Numbered from the stretch's first letter, positions 10,066 through 20,357 are shown. The stretch is DNA of 64,000 bases from Promethearchaeota archaeon (GCA_048938105.1 JBHLMN010000003.1:128001-192000); one strand, 5' to 3'. The notes: a model not told the origin generated them from the letters alone. A program made the numbers and translations.

Positions 10066-10902
10066 GTGAAGACCCTCGATACTTATTTGAACTGGAAGAG
10101 GAGGGAAGAGATTCTTACAGGAAGCAAATCAATGAAATACATCAAAATTCTTGCTCATAGAGGATATCTTATCAATGGTGAACCTGGTAACTCCATCCCA
10201 GCTTTTCAAACGGCTATTCACCACGATGCAGATGGGTTTGAATTTGATGTTCATCTGACTTCTGATAACAAATTTATTTGCTACCACGATGACACTCTTG
10301 AAAAACTTGGACGGCCTTCTGATGCCATTAAAGATCTCTCATTCAAAGAATTGACTTCAATTGAGCTCTCAGAAGGGATAACTATTCCATCTCTTGAAGA
10401 AGTCTTTGATTTATTTGGGCAGAAAATCACTCTGAATATTGAGCTAAAATCACGAAAAAAAGGGGGGAATGAGCTTGTAGAATTGATCCATCAATTTAAC
10501 CTTACAGACGATTTAACAAAACTGATTGTTTCTTCTTTCTTCCATACTCCTCTAAAAGAAATAAAAACACTTGATCCTGAAATTCCAACAGGTTTACTTT
10601 TTCGTTCCCCTATAAACCAAATTCAAGTAGCAAAGGAATTGAATTGTAATGCAATCCACCCACATTATGATATCATCTCTAAAAAGTGGATAAAGTTTCA
10701 TTCTATTTGGCTTACTACTGTATTTCAAAATTTTTTTCTTCATAGATGCATTAAAAAAGCACAAAAACTCGGTTTGCTTGTTACTCCTTGGACAGTCAAC
10801 GATGAGAAATATCTAATAGCAGCAATTCAAAGACAAGTGGATAACATAATTACGGATAATGTAGAACAAGCTATCAAGTTGAGAGAACAGTTTTCTTGGT
10901 AA
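10066..10902 (+). CDS. Glycerophosphodiester phosphodiesterase
   Basis: AHRG, EFDVHLTSD, HDDTL, NIELK, WTVN, IITD motifs; true start probably MKYIKI. Confidence 0.92.
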   Translation: MKTLDTYLNWKRREEILTGSKSMKYIKILAHRGYLINGEPGNSIPAFQTAIHHDADGFEFDVHLTSDNKFICYHDDTLEKLGRPSDAIKDLSFKELTSIELSEGITIPSLEEVFDLFGQKITLNIELKSRKKGGNELVELIHQFNLTDDLTKLIVSSFFHTPLKEIKTLDPEIPTGLLFRSPINQIQVAKELNCNAIHPHYDIISKKWIKFHSIWLTTVFQNFFLHRCIKKAQKLGLLVTPWTVNDEKYLIAAIQRQVDNIITDNVEQAIKLREQFSW

Positions 10903-11027
10903 TAAAGATACTCCTGATCCATCCTGGTTCTTTTTTCCGATTTAAATCTATTATTTCTTAGATTTAACTGCGTATCACACAAATTTATAAACTTCAAAAC
11001 CTAGTCCTGTTAGTGGAGCCATTTTAA

Positions 11028-11168
11028 TTGAAATCAAGAAGTTCTTTTCGACATATAGCTCAATGTCTTCATCAACTAGTACGTAGTACACTTCCAGAAG
11101 AAGAATCAAAAGAAATTTATCGCTGTCTACGATGTGGTTGTGCTTTCAAGGTTGAAAAAATCTCATAA
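11028..11168 (+). CDS. Small zinc-finger-like protein, 46 aa (not in ORF track)
   Basis: TTG start after GGAG and a TTTATAA element: MKSRSSFRHIAQCLHQLVRSTLPEEESKEIYRCLRCGCAFKVEKIS; CxH...CxxC. Confidence 0.55.
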   Translation: MKSRSSFRHIAQCLHQLVRSTLPEEESKEIYRCLRCGCAFKVEKIS

Positions 11169-11277
11169 ATGCATAATTATTTCAAGGAAATTAAGTTAAA
11201 TTATGGTTTAAAGATAATATTATATATTTCATTTAAAGAACATCTTTCTTGGGGAGCTGAACAAAAAATATTTCTTT

Positions 11278-12096
11278 TTATGTAACATCAACCAATGATT
11301 CTATTTTTTCTATAGATTTTATCAAATCCTCCATACTATCAATGGTAAGAGTTATTGCATTTTGTGGACAAACAGCAACGCACCTCCCACACCCTCTACA
11401 CATTTCATTAATTACAGCTCGCTTATCGATAATACTGATGGCATGAACAAAACAGCTTTCTATACAGGTACCACACCCAATACACGCGTCTCCCACTGTG
11501 ACAGTTACACCAGGCATTTTGGTTACTTTTGAGGAAATTTTCTTTGATACATGTGGCAAGATTCGCCATAAACAACAACAATCGCAGCAATTGCACACAG
11601 TAAGAAGTTTATTACCTGGACTGATTTTAAGCCAAAAAGTATCAAGTTTGTTCCTCCCCACTAAATGGACTAATCCTGCTTCTCTGCACCTCTTTGCATG
11701 GTTTAATGCTTCTTCTTTACTCACTTTTCTTCCAAGCCTCGGATCGATCTTCATTGCGGCTTCCCCAAGAAATAAACATCCTAATTTTATTGGATATTTC
11801 TTACATGAAGAAGCAGAACGACAGATACACCAATCCATAATCCAATGATAATTTGCTGCTTTGATGAAATGCTCAAGAACACTTGATGGAACAACCATTT
11901 CTCCATGTCCTTCTATTTCTTTATCGATCTTGATTGTACTTACTTCATCCTTGGGCAAGTAGATGATATCATCATCCTGAAATAGCATATAATCCATTAC
12001 TCTTCCAAGAAGTGGAAGCTTTGTGAACCTAGCAAAAATACTTCTAATTGGAAATCCTTTTTTCAACAACCAGATAAATAACCTTGATCGGGGCAA
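11278..12096 (-). CDS. 4Fe-4S ferredoxin-domain protein
   Basis: CICR, VCNCCDCCC, and two CxxCxxCxxxC motifs. Confidence 0.9.
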   Translation of the reverse strand: MPRSRLFIWLLKKGFPIRSIFARFTKLPLLGRVMDYMLFQDDDIIYLPKDEVSTIKIDKEIEGHGEMVVPSSVLEHFIKAANYHWIMDWCICRSASSCKKYPIKLGCLFLGEAAMKIDPRLGRKVSKEEALNHAKRCREAGLVHLVGRNKLDTFWLKISPGNKLLTVCNCCDCCCLWRILPHVSKKISSKVTKMPGVTVTVGDACIGCGTCIESCFVHAISIIDKRAVINEMCRGCGRCVAVCPQNAITLTIDSMEDLIKSIEKIESLVDVT

Positions 12097-12144
12097 GAAT
12101 TTAATCTCTCCTAGATCGATTCATGGCATATCTTACATAGATCA

Positions 12145-12651
12145 TTAAGTTTCCCTTCCAAAGCTCCATTGTACGATTTCCTCACCATCATAGATGAATT
12201 TAGCCTCAACGATTTCCTGTGTTTCGAGTAATTTTGGAGTGAAAATTCTGTCTCCAGCCCACATCTTAGCATAAGGAATTTCTTTAATGGGAATCCATTG
12301 GAGTCTTCCTTCAGGGTTCTCAAAATTAAGTTTTTCGCTTACGTGAACATAATATAGAAATACTAACCAGTTAAATGCTGGGAGATCCTCAGTGATTTTA
12401 TCTCGATGGATTTCATCAAAATAAATGTAGCCTCTAAATTCAACCTCTTGAGATAACAATGAGTAACCTGTTTCTTCTTCCAGCTCACGTAAAATACACT
12501 CAAGAGGAGTCTCGCCTGGCTCAAGACGCCCCCCAATACCTATGTATTTCCCTTCATGGAAATCATCCTCTTTTTTATTTCGAAAAAGTAAGAGAACTTC
12601 TTCATTGTTATAAACTATATATGCTAATGTAGCTAATTTGTGAGCAACCAA
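12145..12651 (-). CDS. NUDIX hydrolase, MutT/MTH1-like 8-oxo-dGTPase
   Basis: GGRLEPGETPLECILRELEEETG Nudix box; EG.L.W; MWAGD. Confidence 0.9.
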   Translation of the reverse strand: MVAHKLATLAYIVYNNEEVLLLFRNKKEDDFHEGKYIGIGGRLEPGETPLECILRELEEETGYSLLSQEVEFRGYIYFDEIHRDKITEDLPAFNWLVFLYYVHVSEKLNFENPEGRLQWIPIKEIPYAKMWAGDRIFTPKLLETQEIVEAKFIYDGEEIVQWSFGRET

Positions 12652-12874
12652 TTTTTCCTACTCTCTAAGTAATTCTATTAAATGTATGTTGTGGTCGTTT
12701 GAGGAACATATCATCATCAAAATGTTAAGTTTCTTATTTTTACTATGAGAATGTTTGGTTAAATCAACTTATATTACAAGGGTATCGCGAAAAATATTTG
12801 TAAATTTTAAATTTATTCCTTCTATAATATAAATTCTTTTAGTAAGCATAAATCTGAACATTGGAGGTCAAACA

Positions 12875-13369
12875 ACGAAATCTAGTGTTTCTCATGATGA
12901 TTTAAGAATAAGAATTCGCCCTAGTACGATCGAAGATGCAGACAGATTTAACGAGATAGAAAAGGCCTGTTTTCCTAGTAAGTTACGCTATGGACCTTCC
13001 ATTTTAGTTGCTCTTGTCTCTATGGCGTCTAATTACATTGTTTTAACAGTTCAGCTTGTAAAAGATAAGAAAATAATAGCTTTTGCGGTTGGAGAACAGG
13101 ATGACGATGATAAAACCTTAGGACGAATTATTACAATCCAAGTAGATCCTCCTTATCAGGGAAAACAGATTGGAAGTAAATTATTATTAAAGCTAGAAAA
13201 GAGTCTTCAGTTGAATTATGAAGTTAAAAAATCTGAATTACAAGTCCATTATAAGAATGAGAGGGCCATCGAATTTTATCGGAAACATAATTATTATGTA
13301 AAAAAAAGGTTGCAAAACTACTATGATCGAAAAGAACATGCTTTTTTAATGGTCAAAACGTTTCCTTAA
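12875..13369 (+). CDS. RimI/Ard1-like GNAT N-acetyltransferase, probable ACG start
   Basis: Frame is open upstream of the called ATG (13022) and encodes IRPSTIEDADRFNEIEKACF; GGAGGT at 12863-12868 lies 6 nt before an in-frame ACG at 12875; YQGKQIG, NERAIEFY, NYY motifs. Confidence 0.75.
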   Translation, partial: TKSSVSHDDLRIRIRPSTIEDADRFNEIEKACFPSKLRYGPSILVALVSMASNYIVLTVQLVKDKKIIAFAVGEQDDDDKTLGRIITIQVDPPYQGKQIGSKLLLKLEKSLQLNYEVKKSELQVHYKNERAIEFYRKHNYYVKKRLQNYYDRKEHAFLMVKTFP

Positions 13370-13469
13370 CTTAAATAATGGCAGATTTAATAATTCCATC
13401 TATTGTTATTCAATTTAAGTATCGTAATATTCTTAATAATCTTCTTGAAAGATAGATAGCAGACTGGAA

Positions 13470-13931
13470 ATGACTGAAAATTCTAATGATCATATTCTCA
13501 TAGATATTAATGCTGAAGTGACAGCAAAAATAGATGTTTTGGTTGAAAAAGAGTTCTATCCAAATCGAGCTGATTTTATTGAAAAAGCGATACAAAATCA
13601 GCTGAATTTACATGATGCAACCTTTCAAGAGCTTGTTAAGACGAAAAATGTGATAATTGGTTGGGCAAATTATTCTGCAAAAGAATTGGAAGCAGTTGCG
13701 GCTAAAGGAAAAAAACTTGAGATAAAAGTACTTGGCGGTCTTTCATTCTCCGAGGATGTTACACCTGAATTAGTTGACCGAGCAATCGCTAAGATAAATC
13801 TTGCAGGAATTTTAAAGGCATCTAAGGAAATTCTACCTGCTATCAATGCCAGACGATTCACTATTCTCGGTAATAAATATGACGAATTTAAAAGATTACC
13901 TACAGGGGAAGATGATAATAAGGATAAGTAA
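13470..13931 (+). CDS. CopG/ribbon-helix-helix regulator
   Basis: IDVLVEKEFYPNRADFIEKAI. Confidence 0.8.
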   Translation: MTENSNDHILIDINAEVTAKIDVLVEKEFYPNRADFIEKAIQNQLNLHDATFQELVKTKNVIIGWANYSAKELEAVAAKGKKLEIKVLGGLSFSEDVTPELVDRAIAKINLAGILKASKEILPAINARRFTILGNKYDEFKRLPTGEDDNKDK

Positions 13932-13952
13932 ACGAATTGTAAAAAATTCCAA

Positions 13953-14717
13953 TTAAGACATTTCTTCCAGTACAGTAAATATTTTTGGTAGAATAAGTCC
14001 CGCTTTTCCTTGAATTGCTACATCAGCATAAATATTTAGAGGAGTAATCTCTCTATTAACAATGATCAATCCTGATCCAGTCTGAACTGCAAGTGATGGT
14101 AGGGCGGCAGCAGGATACACTGTTAAACTACTACCAATAACTATAACAAGATCAGCTGCCAGTATTTCTTCTCGTGATTGCTCTAACACATCATAAGGCA
14201 GCTGTTCGCCGAATAAAATGGTATTTGTTTTTATTAATCCGTTACATTGAGGACAGCGGGGAGGTATCAATCCTTGATCAAGCATTTCTTCAACTTCGCT
14301 AAAATGAAAGGTTTTATCACAGCTCAAGCAACGTGATGTTTGAGTTGTGCCATGAAGCTCCAGAACTTTGGTATTTCCAGCACGAGAGTGAAGAAAATCG
14401 ACATTTTGAGTGATTACTGATTTGAGTTTGCCATACTTATGCTCAAGGGATGCTAAAGCATTATGTGCTGCATTAGGTTGAGCATCTATCACCATTTCTC
14501 TTAATTCCATATGCATGGTCCAATACTTTTCTGGATATGAAAGAAAGGTTGAATATGTTGCATACTCATTGGGATTGTATTTTTCCCAAAGTCCACCTGG
14601 GCTGCGAAAATCAGGTATCCCTGATTCAACACTTATTCCTGCCCCTGTAAAAGCAACAATATATTTGGATTTCTTGATCAGTTCCGCAGCTTGTTTTATC
14701 TTGTCTTCTTGGCTCAA
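13953..14717 (-). CDS. cobB: NAD-dependent protein deacylase (Sir2 family)
   Basis: TGAGISVESGIPDFRS, TQNVD, ELHG, Zn CxxC pairs, IGSSLTVYPAA. Confidence 0.95.
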   Translation of the reverse strand: MSQEDKIKQAAELIKKSKYIVAFTGAGISVESGIPDFRSPGGLWEKYNPNEYATYSTFLSYPEKYWTMHMELREMVIDAQPNAAHNALASLEHKYGKLKSVITQNVDFLHSRAGNTKVLELHGTTQTSRCLSCDKTFHFSEVEEMLDQGLIPPRCPQCNGLIKTNTILFGEQLPYDVLEQSREEILAADLVIVIGSSLTVYPAAALPSLAVQTGSGLIIVNREITPLNIYADVAIQGKAGLILPKIFTVLEEMS

Positions 14718-14726
14718 TTCTATACC

Positions 14727-15959
14727 TCAGGGGATATAGGTGTAAATAGCTAGGTCTACTCGTTCATCAGATTTCCCATAAATAGTAATGTAATCCACAC
14801 GAGGAAGTTCATCACAATTTAGTGAAAATTCGTATTTTCCAATACTTTTTTGTTTAAAACGCTGTTTCTCAAACAGATTTATTACTACTTCTGCTTCTTC
14901 ACATTTGTCCAACGTAACACTATTACAGAAGATTATGACAGGAGCCTCAGGAAGATAAGGCCCTTCTTGTCTGGAAGGAGTTTGAATCCACGCTCTTTGA
15001 GGATACTTCTGGGTAATATGACCCTTATAATGGATTCTAAATCCTAATGGGGAAGTTAAGTTAGATATGGTTAGTAACCTGATCTTGAAAACAGCAACGC
15101 TTGGAACAAGCAAATGTTTGAGTGTTCCAAAGGTAGCTTTGTGCTTATGAACACGCATATGGGTTTGTCCAATTGATATATTTATAGCATCAGAAAGAGG
15201 GATGAACTTGCTAGAACCTTCTCTGCTTCTAGACCACAAACCTCCCCCTAAATTAACCTGTGTAAGATGGTAAAGCTCTTTTTCAGTTATCGTAGAATTA
15301 ATATCTTCCAGGTAATCCAAAGCTTTACGGATTTGTGATTTATCGAGCCGAGTCTGAGTGTCTTTAAGATTCTTTAAATATTGTGTACTATCATGAGGCA
15401 CCCCACACATGGCTAGAATACGAATGTGGCTATCAGCTCCCGCAGTAAACTTTGTGAAGTATCGAGCCAATATCCCCCCAGTAGAATGGGTAATCATTGA
15501 GATCCTATGGGCATTAGTAATTTGCTTAATCTCATCTATAATCTGTGATAAAAAATCACCCGCAGCATGTAATTCTTTATACTCATTATCAACTGCAAAC
15601 AATTTACGAAAACCATAATACCATAATTCACGAGCAAACCAATTGAAGATTGTGTGTGAAGATCTATAACCATGTACCAATAGAATTGGCTCATAAAAAC
15701 GAGCCTCAGTGGTTGGAATGAATTCTCCAGTCTCATCATCTGAGAGATAGGAAAAACGCCAAAGTTTAAGATGCCTACAATGATCCATTTGAATCCAAAA
15801 ATGATCGAGCTCTTTTAATCGTTCAGTTTCAGGGGTTACATCAACAAACCGTGGACGAGGAAACCTTTTAACCATGTTTGTCACATTTTCAACAATTGTA
15901 TATACATGGGAGAACTCTTGTGAAATGATATTGAGGCTCAAGTGTTGTGGTTTAACCAC
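14727..15959 (-). CDS. Alpha/beta-hydrolase (lipase-like) with C-terminal C2-like domain
   Basis: PILLVHGY oxyanion motif, ITHSTGG nucleophile elbow; beta-rich C-terminal tail. Confidence 0.7.
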   Translation of the reverse strand: MVKPQHLSLNIISQEFSHVYTIVENVTNMVKRFPRPRFVDVTPETERLKELDHFWIQMDHCRHLKLWRFSYLSDDETGEFIPTTEARFYEPILLVHGYRSSHTIFNWFARELWYYGFRKLFAVDNEYKELHAAGDFLSQIIDEIKQITNAHRISMITHSTGGILARYFTKFTAGADSHIRILAMCGVPHDSTQYLKNLKDTQTRLDKSQIRKALDYLEDINSTITEKELYHLTQVNLGGGLWSRSREGSSKFIPLSDAINISIGQTHMRVHKHKATFGTLKHLLVPSVAVFKIRLLTISNLTSPLGFRIHYKGHITQKYPQRAWIQTPSRQEGPYLPEAPVIIFCNSVTLDKCEEAEVVINLFEKQRFKQKSIGKYEFSLNCDELPRVDYITIYGKSDERVDLAIYTYIP

Positions 15960-16099
15960 TATGCCTTAAAGGCTATTTAATATTATTTGGTAAATGATAA
16001 GTACAAACCATATGGTTTTTAGTTCCATTGAGCAAAGCCTTATAATATATTGTATGAATTTAACAGGTACCTAATTAAGAAAAAAAGGAAGAAATTATT

Positions 16100-16600
16100 A
16101 TGCGATATTGCCCATTTTGTGGTTCTGAAGTCGATGAAGATAGTCTCTACTGTCTGAATTGTGGGAAAAAATTACCAGAAAAACCCGCAAAAGGTGTCAC
16201 AGCAGCTTGGGAAACCCCTCCAACTCAACCATATCCTAGCGCACCAGTTACATATCAGCCATTGTACCAACCAAGGCCGTATCATCCGGGCATGAAAGCG
16301 CCACTAGGCGAACGATGTATTGCATTGATCATTGATGATGTTATTAATCAATTCTGTTGTATTTATGATTTTATTAAGGATGGAATTCGGGAAGGACAAT
16401 CCATTGGTAAGGGTCTTATGGGGTTGCGGGTTGTTGACTTTCAAACGGGTATGCCCGCTACTATCGGCCAATCTTTCATCCGTAATTGTTGTCCTGGTTG
16501 TATTGATGGATGTTGTTGCTATCTAGTTGCTTTAATAGATCAGGATGGACGTCGGATTGGGGACCAGGCAGCAGGAACAGTAGTTATTCTTGATCAATGA
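16100..16600 (+). CDS. Zinc-ribbon + Pro-rich linker + RDD-family protein
   Basis: CPFCG...CLNCG; R..A.IID, GQSIGK..MGLRVV, RRIGD.AAGTVV. Confidence 0.85.
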   Translation: MRYCPFCGSEVDEDSLYCLNCGKKLPEKPAKGVTAAWETPPTQPYPSAPVTYQPLYQPRPYHPGMKAPLGERCIALIIDDVINQFCCIYDFIKDGIREGQSIGKGLMGLRVVDFQTGMPATIGQSFIRNCCPGCIDGCCCYLVALIDQDGRRIGDQAAGTVVILDQ

Positions 16601-16843
16601 GCTATCACTTTTCCTCCTCTTATTTTTTTACGGGCTCCACTCCAAACTAGTTTTTATTGGGAAGATATGTAAGAATGAAGAAGATGTCTTTCACAAGAAA
16701 AGCTCTTCTTTCTCCCAAAAGAAATTCGAATTAACTACATTTTAACTATTTATTGACATTATAAAGCACAATACTAATAACAGCTGAAATTCCTTAAGCA
16801 TCAAACCTTTATTGACCGAGAAATTATAATTAAGGGAAGAACT

Positions 16844-17878
16844 ATGACAATAGAAACTGATATTACAAAAATGTTTGGAATTAAATATCCTATTATAGCA
16901 GCACCCATGGGTCCTTTCTACACTACGGATTTGACTATAGCAGTGTCTGAAGCAGGAGGTTTAGGTGTACTCTCACATGTTGGCTTATCAGACGCAGATC
17001 CTGTTGAAGAAATGAAGAAAAATATGCAAACAGTCGTTGAACATACCGATAAACCCTTTGGTTTTAACATCAGGACATCTCGAATGGAACCAAATGCTGA
17101 AATGCTTTGTTGGGAAATCCCAAAATTCATTATGGAAAATCAGAAGATCAGAGATCAGTGTGTATATGCATTGACTTCCGCAGGCTCAGCTAAGATTCTA
17201 CCAAATACCCCACCTTATCAAAAGTTAAAAGAACAGTCAGAGATCAAGCATTTCCATGTTGCTCCTGCTCTGTGGTTAGCCGAAAAATGTGTTTCTGCAG
17301 GTGTTGACGGACTAGTGATCACTGGTGGTGAAGGAGGGGGACACCAGTCGTATGAGGGAGTGAGTACCCTTGTACTTCTTCAGCAAGTGCATCAAAAATA
17401 CCCTGAGATACCAAAGATTGCTTGTGGTGGTTTTGCCACAGGAGAAGGATTAGCTGCTGCGTTATCACTTGGTGCTGGTGCGGTAGCCATGGGATCGAGG
17501 TTTATCGCATCAAAAGAAAGTGAGTTTCATAGCACATACAAAAATGTTGTTCCACCTGCTAGAGCTCAAGATACTATAATGGCAACAGGAGTTTTTGGTC
17601 CCATTAGGCTCTGGAAGAATAAATATGCTTCAGAACATAAGCCTATTACTAGTAAAGAAGAGAAACTAGCTCAAGAGGCTGCTTTTGATGTTGATGAAAT
17701 AGCTAAGACTATCAGAGCTTACGAATTAGCCTACGAAGGCAACATCGACGATGGAGCTGTTCTCCTTGGGCAAACTATCGGTTTGATTGACAGCATTGAA
17801 AGTGTTACTGATATTCTAGAAAGAACCTTGAAAGATGCCGAGGCAGCTATCAGGAAAGCAGTAAGTCTAATAAAATAG
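16844..17878 (+). CDS. Nitronate monooxygenase / FabK-like FMN oxidoreductase
   Basis: YPIIAAPM, AVSEAGGLG, GGEGGGH, IACGG, MGSRFIAS.ES. Confidence 0.9.
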   Translation: MTIETDITKMFGIKYPIIAAPMGPFYTTDLTIAVSEAGGLGVLSHVGLSDADPVEEMKKNMQTVVEHTDKPFGFNIRTSRMEPNAEMLCWEIPKFIMENQKIRDQCVYALTSAGSAKILPNTPPYQKLKEQSEIKHFHVAPALWLAEKCVSAGVDGLVITGGEGGGHQSYEGVSTLVLLQQVHQKYPEIPKIACGGFATGEGLAAALSLGAGAVAMGSRFIASKESEFHSTYKNVVPPARAQDTIMATGVFGPIRLWKNKYASEHKPITSKEEKLAQEAAFDVDEIAKTIRAYELAYEGNIDDGAVLLGQTIGLIDSIESVTDILERTLKDAEAAIRKAVSLIK

Positions 17879-17926
17879 CTGATTCTTCCCTCCCTTTTTT
17901 CTATAATATCTGGATTTTGATATTCA

Positions 17927-18739
17927 TTGAAAAGCTCATCTGATGAAGAGCTAATCATTCAAAAGGAAAATACATTAAGAGCGTGGTTTACCCAAGGTCT
18001 TTCAGAAACGGATCGAATTATCGATGGATTTGATATCGGTTGGGGGGGTACAGCCCGTTGGACAACATCGCTCTTGGCTGAATACCTAAACCCCCACAAG
18101 AGCATTACAATCTTAGATGTAGCCTGTGGGTATGGAACCTTTTTAGTTGAACTCGGATGGCGTTTTCCTCAGGCTGAATTGATTGGACTGAATCTCGATT
18201 TTGATCCTCCTCACAGTAGCATTATTTCTTTGTTATCTCAAGGTGACGTAAAAGCTAATCTTATTTCAGCTGATGCATTACAGCTACCATTAATATCTGG
18301 GAAATTTGATTGCGTGTCGTGTTTCCTCGGACTACAAGATATTGCTATTACTCGCGGGAAAGAAAGCTTAGTAAAAGTTGTATCTGAACTCCTACGAACA
18401 GTTTCTCATCAAGGATTTTTAGCCCTTTTAGATAACTTCTCTAAAGAAGCTTTTGAAAAAATTCTCGTTCAACAGAGTTTTGGATATGAATTAGTGTTTC
18501 ATGATTCTTTCAACCCAAATTGTCAGTGGTCCCGTGAAATAGGGATGAAAGCGGTTGAAATGTACGCTCAAGGTTATTTACAACAGGAACTAGACAGTAA
18601 CAATCCCCCTGAGGACAGTGATAAAGCTTTAACTGATATTCGGAGGAAGATGTTGGCTGAACTTGAAAACCAGCTTGAATCTCAGGGTTACTATAATCCT
18701 TGGGGAACTATGCGTCTTGTTTTACTTCGCCGATTATAA
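17927..18739 (+). CDS. Class I SAM-dependent methyltransferase
   Basis: ILDVACGYG; ADALQLP..GKFD. Confidence 0.85.
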   Translation: MKSSSDEELIIQKENTLRAWFTQGLSETDRIIDGFDIGWGGTARWTTSLLAEYLNPHKSITILDVACGYGTFLVELGWRFPQAELIGLNLDFDPPHSSIISLLSQGDVKANLISADALQLPLISGKFDCVSCFLGLQDIAITRGKESLVKVVSELLRTVSHQGFLALLDNFSKEAFEKILVQQSFGYELVFHDSFNPNCQWSREIGMKAVEMYAQGYLQQELDSNNPPEDSDKALTDIRRKMLAELENQLESQGYYNPWGTMRLVLLRRL

Positions 18740-20307
18740 GCAATCAACGAGAAATCATTGATTTCCCAGAATGTTTTTCAAAGATGGGAATAAATCCCCT
18801 ATCGAATAAAATGACAATAGATGACGAACGTTTTAAGTTACTTACCCGTCAAGGTAGGTTTCATGATCTAATTAAAATGCTAGACGAAGAAATCCTCAAA
18901 GCTGAATCATACAAAAAGAAACTCTATTTAGAATACCAGCTAGCAGAGGCATATTATTCTATTCAGGATTCTAACAACGCCAAAAAGATAGTTGAAGGGC
19001 TTTTGCCAAAATTTCATGAACTTGGGAACCAATCAATGGTAGGTGATTCTGAAAACCTCTTGGGTAAGATTTATCGCTTACACCAACGATATTCTGAGGC
19101 ACTAGTTCATTATCAAAACGCAGAAAAAGCATTCAAGCTTGCAAAAAACAATGAAGGGTTATCGAAAATATATCATAACCTCGGAAATGCCTATATTTTT
19201 CTCGAACGTTTCAAAGAAGCTCAAAAATTCCATTTGAAAGCCCTAAAAATTGCTCAATCAGAAGGAAAACAAGATGCAATTGGCAGCTCGCATTTAAATA
19301 TTGGTAGTATGTATTTCCAGAATGGAGAGGTGGATCTTGCAATGTCTCATTTTGAGAAAGCACGAGATATATTCAAAGAAATCCAAGATATACCAAATCT
19401 TGCTGCAACCTACCACAATCTAGCGGAAAGTTATTTACTTAGAAGAGAATATATTAGCGCTCAGAAGAACAGCGCGAAAGCAGTATCACTATATGAGAAA
19501 CTGCAAAATAATTTAGGCCAAAATTTGGCTCTTACAACGCAAGCACGTTCTGCAAAAGCAGCAGGATCGTTAGATGAGGCAATTAACATCTTCAACCAGA
19601 TAATAAACCCAACTGATGAAATCCTTCTTGAGCTTGGCGAGTGCTATCTGAATCAGAACCAAACTGATAACGCCAAAAAAATCTTTGAGAAGATACTAGA
19701 GCTACCTACACGCACCTCACTCAGCGTCGGTTATTCTTTAGATTATTTAGCAAGGATTGCAATTAATGAGGAAGATTTTATTGAAGCTCGCAAGATTTTC
19801 ACTCAATTGTTAGAGCTTCTTCTTAGTATGAAGCCTCAAGATCCTGACAGCATTGCTTCTACGCAAGGAAATTTAGGCTATATGTACTTGAAAATGGGGG
19901 ATCCAAAGACCGCATGGGAATATTTAACCTTTGTAAGCGATTATTTCAAGAAAAGAAAAACCTGGGATGAAATGATCACATTAGGGAGTAATTATTGTAA
20001 TGAATTTGTATTAACAAAAGAATATTCTCGCGCAATCAGAGTGATACAGGAATTTATCCTCCCAGCAGTGAAAAAATCAAAAGATACGATGCTAGAAAAC
20101 CAATACCACTATGAAGTGGCTTTACTTTATCATTTAAAGGGTGAAACAGAAGAAGGTTTAGACTACTGGAATAAAATGCATAATAGAAAAATAACCTTTC
20201 AGAAATATTCTGCCCCATTTTTAGCTTCTATTCTTGATGAAAGTATTAAAAAAGAGCTCGAAAGACAACACCTCAGATTCTTAAAACAGCTGTTAATGCG
20301 TAAATAA
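18700..20307 (+). CDS. Tetratricopeptide repeat protein (start likely ~18811)
   Basis: Repeated YHNLGNAY / HLNIGSMY / YHNLAESY / QGNLGYMY helices. Confidence 0.9.
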   Translation: MGNYASCFTSPIISNQREIIDFPECFSKMGINPLSNKMTIDDERFKLLTRQGRFHDLIKMLDEEILKAESYKKKLYLEYQLAEAYYSIQDSNNAKKIVEGLLPKFHELGNQSMVGDSENLLGKIYRLHQRYSEALVHYQNAEKAFKLAKNNEGLSKIYHNLGNAYIFLERFKEAQKFHLKALKIAQSEGKQDAIGSSHLNIGSMYFQNGEVDLAMSHFEKARDIFKEIQDIPNLAATYHNLAESYLLRREYISAQKNSAKAVSLYEKLQNNLGQNLALTTQARSAKAAGSLDEAINIFNQIINPTDEILLELGECYLNQNQTDNAKKIFEKILELPTRTSLSVGYSLDYLARIAINEEDFIEARKIFTQLLELLLSMKPQDPDSIASTQGNLGYMYLKMGDPKTAWEYLTFVSDYFKKRKTWDEMITLGSNYCNEFVLTKEYSRAIRVIQEFILPAVKKSKDTMLENQYHYEVALLYHLKGETEEGLDYWNKMHNRKITFQKYSAPFLASILDESIKKELERQHLRFLKQLLMRK

Positions 20308-20357
20308 TAACGAGGACAACATAAGAAAATAATTTTAAGACATTAGGTCATTGAATT

